In this document: positions 17,853 to 25,078 of the stretch, piece by piece
Position numbering within the stretch: the stretch's first letter is position 1
How the letters are laid out: each line of letters begins with the position of its first letter
From: Candidatus Woesearchaeota archaeon
GTDB taxonomy: Archaea; Nanobdellota; Nanobdellia; Woesearchaeales; GW2011-AR9
Direction: 5' to 3'
Assembly (NCBI GenBank): GCA_018670095.1
Contig: JABHRR010000075.1
Span: 1 to 52,154 of the forward strand
DNA length: 52,154 nucleotides
Position numbers and translations under genes: made by a program
The notes under the pieces: model-generated
The model's input: the letters and a program-made list of their open reading frames with translations, nothing else
What the model was told of the DNA's origin: nothing
Database searches by the model: none

Positions 17853-18695
17853 ATGGAAAATGCGATAAAAATCTTTAATCATCAAAAGATCAGAACTAAA
17901 TGGGATGAAGATGAAGAAAAGTGGTACTTTTCTATTATTGATGCTGTTGCAATTTTAACTGAAAACGATTTTCAAGGGGCAAGAAATTATTGGAAAGTGT
18001 TAAAACACCGCCTAAATAATGAAGGAAACGAGTCGGTTACAAATTGTAACCAACTGAAATTATTAGCTTCTGATGGGAAATATTATAAAACAGACGTAGC
18101 AGATACTGAACAATTATTACGTTTGGTACAATCAATTCCTTCTAAGAAAGCAGAACCTTTCAAAGTTTGGCTAGCTCAAGTTGGTTCTGAACGTATTGAA
18201 GAAATTGAAGATCCCGAATTAGCATTTAACAGAGCAATGCAAACTTATTTGCAAAAAGGTTATTCAAAAGATTGGATTAATCAAAGATTAAAGACTATTG
18301 AAGTTAGAAAAGAATTAACAGATGAATGGAATCGTGTAGGAATTGATAAACAAAACGATTATGCAATTTTGACTAACGAGATCACTAAAGCCTGGTCAGG
18401 AAAAACTGTTAAAGAATACAAACAGTTTAAAAGTTTGAAAAAAGAAAATCTAAAAGACAATATGACTAATATTGAATTAGTTCTTAATATGTTAGCAGAA
18501 GCAACAACAAAAGAGTTCTCTGGAAAAGAAAATCCTAAAACATTTTCTCACAGTAAAAGTATTGCTAAAAAGGGAGGGACAGTTGCTGGTAATACTAGAA
18601 AAGACATTGAAAAGAAATTAGGAGAGAAAATAGTAACTAAAAAAAATGCAGAAGAAATACATTTCAAAAAGAAAAAAAAGTTAGAACATGAATAG
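17853..18695 (+). CDS. Bro-N/KilA-N-family DNA-binding protein
   Basis: IRTKWDEDEEKWYFSIIDAVAILTE...ARNYWKVLKHRL. First ATG is 17853; the track start at 17850 is TTG. Confidence 0.75.
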   Translation: MENAIKIFNHQKIRTKWDEDEEKWYFSIIDAVAILTENDFQGARNYWKVLKHRLNNEGNESVTNCNQLKLLASDGKYYKTDVADTEQLLRLVQSIPSKKAEPFKVWLAQVGSERIEEIEDPELAFNRAMQTYLQKGYSKDWINQRLKTIEVRKELTDEWNRVGIDKQNDYAILTNEITKAWSGKTVKEYKQFKSLKKENLKDNMTNIELVLNMLAEATTKEFSGKENPKTFSHSKSIAKKGGTVAGNTRKDIEKKLGEKIVTKKNAEEIHFKKKKKLEHE

Positions 18696-18752
18696 AAAAC
18701 ACACAACAACCCTCTCTTCCCACCTACTCGCTTCAATTGTTTCTAAGAATCT
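18696..18752 (+). repeat. Post-stop-codon conserved element, full copy B
   Basis: aaaacacacaacaaccctctcttcccacctactcgcttcaattgtttctaagaatct starts immediately after the stop at 18695. Confidence 0.75.
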
Positions 18753-18835
18753 GAAAGAACTAAAGAAAATAGGATAAAGTTTATATTGTATCTTTAATTT
18801 CAATCAAATTGAGGGATAGGTTGGAGATTTTTTAA

Positions 18836-20446
18836 ATGAAAAAATATATTATTTTAATCACTATCTTATTATTACTTGTAATTAGTTCTAGTGGAGCTCT
18901 TGCAGGAAGTTATTCTGAATTGGAACCAATACAAAAACAATTTTATTGGAGTTGTATTAAAAGTGATTGTTTAGATTTTATTTATGCTAAACAATATGGT
19001 AAATGGAAAACTTGTGTCTCTGATTGTATCTCTAAAGCTGAAACAATTAAACCTATTCCTGTAGAAGAATTATTTTGTGAAGATACTGATAAAGGAATTG
19101 ATTACAAAAATTTCGGATCTGTAACTTCAAATAAATATCCTAACGGTAAAGATGATTTTTGTTATTCCGGAAATGGTAAGAGTTATGTTTTTGAAAGTGC
19201 TTGTAAAAATAATAAATATGTTCGTTATCAAAAGAATTGTAAAGAGTTAGGTCAAGCTTATTCTTGTATTGAAGGAGCTTGTGTGAATTCAGTTTGTGAT
19301 CTTCAAAATGTTGATAATGGGGTAGTGGCTGAGTTTCCAGATTGTGCCATTTCTTGTAATGAAGGTTATATTTTAGAAGATAATGTTTGTGTGAAACCCA
19401 ATGTTCCCCCGGTATTCGGATTATTTGATGTGACTCATGAAATTGCTGTAGCTGGAGAATTCACTATTGAAATAATTGCTACCGATGATGAAGTTTTAGA
19501 ATATTCTGCTGAAAATTTACCTGCAGGAGCAGAACTGAATGGAAATATCTTTACTTGGACTCCAGGAGAGAACCAACTTGGACTTTTTCAATTTAAGTTC
19601 ATTGTTACGGATGGAGAATTTACTATTGAAAAAACTGCTAAGGTTGAGGTGTTTCCTAATTTAGGATGTGACGGAATTGCTAAAAAGAAAGATTATTTTG
19701 GTTTAGATGGTCATTTATTCAAGTATCTGGATTCTGATAAAATATTTAATTCTAACCCTCAAGTAAAATTTAAAGATATTAATACGGGAGAACATATTGA
19801 ACGTGTAATTGGTGGGAATATAGATCAAGCATATTTTGATTTTAAATTTTATGGGAAAAAATACAATTTCGTAAGTGCTTCAGATCCAAGTATTAATGAT
19901 TGGGACATCATGTACAAATGTAATCATGCTCCTGTTTTAGATCCTATCGGAAACAAAAAAATTAAATTCGATCAAGAATTAGTTATTGAATTATCTGCAA
20001 CTGATGAAGATGGCGATCCGTTACAATATATTGTTGCTACAATGCCAGTGGGTGCAGAGCTTAATGGAAATATATTTACTTGGACACCAACAAAAGATCA
20101 AATAGGTGAATATCATGTCATGTTCATAGTTAGTGATGGAGAATTAGAGGATAGTGAAGTTGTTAAGATCTCTGAAGATTTAGAATGTGATGATATTGTT
20201 AAAGATAATGAATATTTTGTTTTGGACAACATTTTGTTACAATATAAAGGTGCAGATAAAAATACCGATACTAGTCCAAAAATAAAATTTAAAAATCTTA
20301 ACACAGGAGAAACTTTGGAATATTCCGTTAGTTTTGTTAATCAACAAGGATCTGTTACTTTAAAACTTGGTGGAAAAGTTTATGGGTTTGTAAGTGCTTC
20401 AGATACAGGCGTAGATGATTTTGACATCATGTACAAATGTGGTTGA
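18836..20446 (+). CDS. Secreted adhesin-like protein with Cys-rich N-terminus and two tandem repeats of about 174 aa
   Basis: Signal peptide. Repeats carry Ig/cadherin-like AELNGNIFTWTP...F(I)V(T/S)DGE and a module ending FVSASD...D(W/F)DIMYKC. Confidence 0.75.
   Translation: MKKYIILITILLLLVISSSGALAGSYSELEPIQKQFYWSCIKSDCLDFIYAKQYGKWKTCVSDCISKAETIKPIPVEELFCEDTDKGIDYKNFGSVTSNKYPNGKDDFCYSGNGKSYVFESACKNNKYVRYQKNCKELGQAYSCIEGACVNSVCDLQNVDNGVVAEFPDCAISCNEGYILEDNVCVKPNVPPVFGLFDVTHEIAVAGEFTIEIIATDDEVLEYSAENLPAGAELNGNIFTWTPGENQLGLFQFKFIVTDGEFTIEKTAKVEVFPNLGCDGIAKKKDYFGLDGHLFKYLDSDKIFNSNPQVKFKDINTGEHIERVIGGNIDQAYFDFKFYGKKYNFVSASDPSINDWDIMYKCNHAPVLDPIGNKKIKFDQELVIELSATDEDGDPLQYIVATMPVGAELNGNIFTWTPTKDQIGEYHVMFIVSDGELEDSEVVKISEDLECDDIVKDNEYFVLDNILLQYKGADKNTDTSPKIKFKNLNTGETLEYSVSFVNQQGSVTLKLGGKVYGFVSASDTGVDDFDIMYKCG
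19400..20443 (+). repeat. Intragenic tandem duplication (2 x about 522 nt)
   Basis: Residues 189-362 align with residues 363-536 along their whole length. Confidence 0.8.
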
Positions 20447-20466
20447 ACCCGCTTCAATTGTTTCTT
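20447..20466 (+). repeat. Partial copy (3' half) of the post-stop-codon element
   Basis: acccgcttcaattgtttctt directly follows the stop at 20446. Confidence 0.5.
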
Positions 20467-20537
20467 TCATTAAATCCAAAAACATTCCGGATTTATTGAA
20501 ATAACATTAATAAATCCCTACAACTTCTATCAATAAA

Positions 20538-21047
20538 ATGGAAGATATACATGATCGATGGCCACACCGTTGGATTACTGATAAAGCTAAATCTTCGATA
20601 TCTGAAGTTGAGGGCCTTGGTGTTTTTGCAACGGAACCTATTAGAAAAGATGAATTAGTCGCTATTATTGGTGGAGTGATAGTTCCTTGCTCCGAGATGC
20701 CGGAGTACATCAACTTAGTTTGTCCTGCAGGTATACAGTTGAATGAGGATTATTTCATTGTTCCAACAACTCGGAAAGAGTTAGAGGACACCGGAGTGTT
20801 TAATCATTCATGTAATCCCAATGTTGGTTTTTCAGGCGATATTCAATTAGTAGCGATGAAAGATATTTGTCCTGGTGAAGAATTAGCCTTTGATTATGCT
20901 TTTAATATAACTCTTATTGAAGATCTCCAATGTAAATGTGGATATGAAAAATGCAGAGAGATTATTACAAAAGATGATTGGAAGATTAAAGATATCCAAG
21001 ATAGATATGGTCAATACTTTTCACCTTACCTAAAAAAAAGATTATAA
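20538..21047 (+). CDS. SET-domain protein (putative protein lysine methyltransferase)
   Basis: VFNHSCNPNV, GEELAFDY, and Cys-rich post-SET CKCGYEKC. Confidence 0.8.
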   Translation: MEDIHDRWPHRWITDKAKSSISEVEGLGVFATEPIRKDELVAIIGGVIVPCSEMPEYINLVCPAGIQLNEDYFIVPTTRKELEDTGVFNHSCNPNVGFSGDIQLVAMKDICPGEELAFDYAFNITLIEDLQCKCGYEKCREIITKDDWKIKDIQDRYGQYFSPYLKKRL

Positions 21048-21095
21048 CAGACTCATTCCATAACCTTTTTAAAAAAACACTCTTCCCAACTCAAC

Positions 21096-22655
21096 ATGAG
21101 ACCTTTATATCGAGCATCATTTAATCTGGGAAATAAGAAATCTGATTTGTCTTTAGATGAAATTGTTGAAGTAGTAAAGTCTTGGTCCGTAAAAACTTCT
21201 CATAAACTTGCTAGGGTTAGGAATAAATCTTTCGATAATTTCTCAACAGGAATGGCTTTGTCACAAAAGAATTTAGAAGTTGATACTGTTAGATTTGTAT
21301 CTTCTGGAAAGGACTATTTTGCTTTAGCTTTAAAACATCCAGATAAAAATAATAAAAATCTTAAATGGAAAACTACGTTCGCTTTTGGTGAACATGATAA
21401 TAATAGATACCATGCAGAAATCATGGTTTCTAATGGTTGGGATGATGGTCGGTTAAGTCCAGTAAAATTTTCTTTTGGCAGGCCCGGTTTGGTTCCTAAA
21501 CTAATTAACCAGTTTGGCGCTTCCAGAAAATTTGAATTAAGTGATTCTTCAAACATTCTTACTATTGATAATGTTAATGACTTTGCTCAAACAATATTCA
21601 GCCAGAAAAGAACTTTGCCAATTGTTTATGTTAGTGCAAACAACTTTTATGATGAACCAATAAAAACTATTAACCCTGAGAGAATAGCTGTTAACCTTGC
21701 TGGTGTTGCTCATGTCTTTGTAGCCGATTCCAGATTTCCTTCATTTAAATTAGAAAAAATTGTTGGTAAATCAATGAGTTGTTATGATGGTGCTGTAAGA
21801 TTATATTGGCCAATTCAGGCTGAAAATTCTGGGAGCATGTTTCATCCTTTGTGGGCACCTCAAAGAATAACAGATATGGGCAATTTTGAAGATGAACTTT
21901 TCAAAACAATTGCTTTCTTTTCTACTGGTATTAAACCAAAGATTGGTTATGAAGAAGTAAGAAGACTTAAACTAACAGCAGATATTGAAACTCTTAAAGA
22001 AAAGAATGAAATTGCTGAATTGGCAGACCTTTTTGCTCTAGAGAATGATAATTTGAAGAAACAAGTAGTTTCATTGGAAGATAGAGAAATGGATCATCTT
22101 GAAAGAATAAAAGAGTTGGAATACAAAAATTCTAGTTTGATTTCTGTTATCCAATCTTGTAAAAAACCTGAAGAAGAAAGTTGTCAACCAGTGATTGGTG
22201 ATTTTGATTCTGTTGAAGAGGCAGTTGAAAAATTCACCGAATTGTACCCTAAAAGTTCTCTGGAAATTCTTGGCCGGGCCTATAAAAGTGCTCGTGAATG
22301 CCAATATGATAAACCTGAACATGTTTTCAAAACTTTAGAATGGTTAGAAAATGCTTATTTAGAAATGAGAACTTCTGGAAATGATAAAAAGAAAAAGAAC
22401 GGTTCAACTACTCTCGAAGAATCTTGTAAAGAACAGACCGGGATGACCTATAAAGCTAACCAAAGCGAAGTAACTATGGGTAGAAACAAACAAGATTATT
22501 TTACTACTTGGGGCGGTAAAAATATTTGTCTTGAAGAACATATTGGTAAGGGCAGTTCTTTTGATCCTAAGTCAACTTTACGTATTGCCTTTCATTATGA
22601 TTCTGATTCTAAGAAAGTTGTCGTTGGGTATATTGGAATGCATCAAAAGAATTAA
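21096..22655 (+). CDS. Hypothetical 519-aa protein: unknown N-domain, central coiled coil, C-terminal domain ending in a RelE/ParE-like strand pattern
   Basis: Own promoter ttccataac-ctttttaaaaaaa at 21056-21077. Heptad-rich ADIETLKEKNEIAELADLFALENDNLKKQVVSLEDREMDHLERIKELEYKN. C-terminus LRIAFHYDSDSKKVVVGYIGMHQKN. Confidence 0.65.
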   Translation: MRPLYRASFNLGNKKSDLSLDEIVEVVKSWSVKTSHKLARVRNKSFDNFSTGMALSQKNLEVDTVRFVSSGKDYFALALKHPDKNNKNLKWKTTFAFGEHDNNRYHAEIMVSNGWDDGRLSPVKFSFGRPGLVPKLINQFGASRKFELSDSSNILTIDNVNDFAQTIFSQKRTLPIVYVSANNFYDEPIKTINPERIAVNLAGVAHVFVADSRFPSFKLEKIVGKSMSCYDGAVRLYWPIQAENSGSMFHPLWAPQRITDMGNFEDELFKTIAFFSTGIKPKIGYEEVRRLKLTADIETLKEKNEIAELADLFALENDNLKKQVVSLEDREMDHLERIKELEYKNSSLISVIQSCKKPEEESCQPVIGDFDSVEEAVEKFTELYPKSSLEILGRAYKSARECQYDKPEHVFKTLEWLENAYLEMRTSGNDKKKKNGSTTLEESCKEQTGMTYKANQSEVTMGRNKQDYFTTWGGKNICLEEHIGKGSSFDPKSTLRIAFHYDSDSKKVVVGYIGMHQKN

Positions 22656-22694
22656 AATCTAAACATTTATATCATTCATTAAATTCTTAACATT

Positions 22695-22901
22695 ATGAAA
22701 TTATCTTTTATTAAGATGTTAGCTTTGGTAACTATTTTCGCAACTATCTTAGGTTTTCTTTCTAGTATCTATCCTTTCCTAAAATGGATTTCTATAATTC
22801 TAATCCTCATCGTCGCAGTTATCTTTTTGATTATCAGACATAAAGCAATGAAACTTCTTCGAGAACGATTGAAAACTATTTTTGAACGTAAACATTTATA
22901 A
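22695..22901 (+). CDS. Small two-TM membrane protein
   Basis: 68-aa hydrophobic ORF with a house promoter (aaacatttatatc) upstream. Confidence 0.45.
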   Translation: MKLSFIKMLALVTIFATILGFLSSIYPFLKWISIILILIVAVIFLIIRHKAMKLLRERLKTIFERKHL

Positions 22902-23070
22902 ATGACCCCTAATATTAACTAAATATTACCAATGAGTTGGTGAATGCTTAGAAAAGAAATTTGTCTTTTCTAGCATGTTTAAACCTAGTGGTTTGAAACA
23001 CAACACAACGAGGTAACATTGATAATTCTTTGTTACTATTAAAATTTAAATAAAACTTGGAGAAGATAAA

Positions 23071-23388
23071 ATGGCTGATGAAGCAAATGTATTGGAAATT
23101 ATAGAAATCGCTCGAACTAGTGGTAAAATTAGTAAGGGCGCTAATGAAGTAACTAAAGCAATTGAGAAAGGCAACGCAAAATTAGTAGTTTATGCAGGGG
23201 ATGTAAATCCTAAAGAAGTTGTAATGCACTTACCTTTGTTATGTAAAGATAAAAACATCATTTGTGTAGAGATCTCAAAGAAGGAAGAGTTGGGTGCAGC
23301 AGCAGGATTAGCAGTTTCAACTGCCGCAGTAGCTGTTGTTAAAGAAGGAGACGCAAAAGGAAGAATCGAAGCTCTGAAGGGTGAATAA
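23071..23388 (+). CDS. rpl7ae: Ribosomal protein L7Ae
   Basis: [28 protein letters not shown]...ELGAAAG. SD ggag 8 nt upstream. Conserved L7Ae-S28e-L24e-ndk order. Confidence 0.85.
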   Translation: MADEANVLEIIEIARTSGKISKGANEVTKAIEKGNAKLVVYAGDVNPKEVVMHLPLLCKDKNIICVEISKKEELGAAAGLAVSTAAVAVVKEGDAKGRIEALKGE

Positions 23389-23390
23389 AC

Positions 23391-23678
23391 ATGGCTAAAA
23401 AAATATTTGCTAAAAAGGGAGAGGGAGAATCTAAAGTAGATGGTGAAGTAAGATTTGTTCCTGCTGTCCCTGCCGAAGTTAAGGAGATTGTTATCCGAGC
23501 CGGTTCAAGAGGAGAAATTACGCAAGTAATGTGTAATGTTCTTGATGGTCGTGATAAAGGTAAATCCTTAAGAAGGAATGTTAAAGGTCCTGTAAGAGTA
23601 GGAGATCATTTAATGCTTATGGAAACAGAAATCGAAGCTCAGAGATTGGGCGGCGGTCGTAGAGGAGGTAAGAAATAA
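23391..23678 (+). CDS. rps28e: Ribosomal protein S28e (with N-terminal extension and RGG tail)
   Basis: [43 protein letters not shown]. Confidence 0.85.
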   Translation: MAKKIFAKKGEGESKVDGEVRFVPAVPAEVKEIVIRAGSRGEITQVMCNVLDGRDKGKSLRRNVKGPVRVGDHLMLMETEIEAQRLGGGRRGGKK

Positions 23679-23872
23679 TGCCTAAATGCAACTTTTGCGG
23701 AACATCAATTGAGAGAGGAACAGGAAAAATTTATGTTTTCAGTTCAGGAAAAGTTTTTAATTTCTGTACTAACAAATGTGAAAAGAACCTTTTGAAATTG
23801 AAAAGAAAACCTTTGAAGATTAAGTGGACAGAAGCTTATCGTAAGGAACATAAGAAAGACACTAAAGAATAA
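23678..23872 (+). CDS. rpl24e: Ribosomal protein L24e
   Basis: CNFCGTSIERGTGKIYVFSSGKVFNFCTNKCEKN. TAATG overlap with S28e. Confidence 0.9.
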   Translation: MPKCNFCGTSIERGTGKIYVFSSGKVFNFCTNKCEKNLLKLKRKPLKIKWTEAYRKEHKKDTKE

Positions 23873-23926
23873 GTATTATCTTTTTTTACTTTTGATTAAA
23901 GTAAATCAATGAGGTGACAATATAAA

Positions 23927-24409
23927 ATGATTGAAAGAACATTAATTTTACTTAAACCGGATACAGTCCAAAGAGGTATCTGTGGAGAGATTATTTCTCG
24001 ATTAGAGAGAGCTGGCCTAAAAATTGTCGGGATGAGAATGGTCTGGGCAGATCGTGATTTTGCTAAACAACATTATGCTGAACATTTAGAAAAACCTTTC
24101 TATAAAGGCTTAGAAGATATGATCGTTATGGGTCCTGTTATAGCAATGGTTTTAGAAGGTGTTGAAGCGATTGAATTAGTTAGAAAAATGTGTGGCGCAA
24201 CAGAACCAAAATCTGCAAATCCTGGAACTATCCGTGGAGATTATGCTCAAGTAAGTTATGGCCATGCTGATAAGAGAGGTATTGGAATTAAAAATATTGT
24301 TCATGCCTCAGCTAATAAAAAAGACGCTCAAATAGAAGTTGGTCTTTGGTTTACACCAGAACAATTACACACTTACAAAACAGTACATGAAGTACATGTC
24401 TTTGAATAA
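23927..24409 (+). CDS. ndk: Nucleoside diphosphate kinase
   Basis: ERTLILLKPD, GATEP..A.PGTIRGDY, NIVHAS (catalytic His). SD gaggtga upstream. Confidence 0.9.
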   Translation: MIERTLILLKPDTVQRGICGEIISRLERAGLKIVGMRMVWADRDFAKQHYAEHLEKPFYKGLEDMIVMGPVIAMVLEGVEAIELVRKMCGATEPKSANPGTIRGDYAQVSYGHADKRGIGIKNIVHASANKKDAQIEVGLWFTPEQLHTYKTVHEVHVFE

Positions 24410-24410
24410 A

Positions 24411-25055
24411 ATGAAACTAATCGCATTAGGAAGCCCAGGAGTGGGGAAAGGAACTTACGCTAAAGAAATCACTAAAAAATATAACATCCTTCACCTCTCT
24501 ACTGGAGATATGTTCAGAGAAAACATGAAGAATAACACCGAGCTAGGAATTAAAGCTAAGGAGTTTATTGATCAGGGAAAACTTGTTCCTGACGAAGTTA
24601 CTATTGGTCTGGTTAAAGAAAGACTTGCCAGAGAAGATACAAAAGATGGTTACTACTTGGACGGTTTTCCAAGAACAATTCCGCAAGCAGAAGCTTTATC
24701 TGAATTTGCAGATATTGACCGGGTAATTAATTTCAAAGCCGATCATGAAGTTATCATTCAACGTCTTAGTGGGAGAAGAATTTGTAAAAAATGTGGAGCA
24801 ATTTTCCATACTATTAACATCATCCCAAAACAAGAGGGTATCTGTGATAGTTGTGGTGGCGAATTGTACCATCGAGATGACGATCAACCTGAATCAATAA
24901 AAAAAAGACTACAAGTCTATGAGGAAGAGACAAAACCTTTAATCAACTTTTACAAAGAAAAAGGTATCCTAAAAGAAGTTCAAGTTAACGAAGATTTTGG
25001 TAAAAATAAAGAATTGATGTTAAACAGAATCTTTACCGCAATTGATAACAATTAA
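24411..25055 (+). CDS. adk: Adenylate kinase, bacterial/long type with zinc lid
   Basis: P-loop GSPGVGKGT, LDGFPRT, lid CKKCGAIFH...CDSCGGEL. ATG 24411 (TAAAATG junction) preferred over the TTG at 24339. Confidence 0.9.
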   Translation: MKLIALGSPGVGKGTYAKEITKKYNILHLSTGDMFRENMKNNTELGIKAKEFIDQGKLVPDEVTIGLVKERLAREDTKDGYYLDGFPRTIPQAEALSEFADIDRVINFKADHEVIIQRLSGRRICKKCGAIFHTINIIPKQEGICDSCGGELYHRDDDQPESIKKRLQVYEEETKPLINFYKEKGILKEVQVNEDFGKNKELMLNRIFTAIDNN

Positions 25056-25078
25056 AATTTAATGAGGTATAAATAAAA

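Noticed and set aside
22921-23070. A k-turn (L7Ae binding site) in the rpl7ae leader.
   Set aside because: I found the hairpins but no tandem sheared G.A/A.G arrangement flanking a 3-nt bulge in any register I tried. It is left as a low-interest finding, not a feature.
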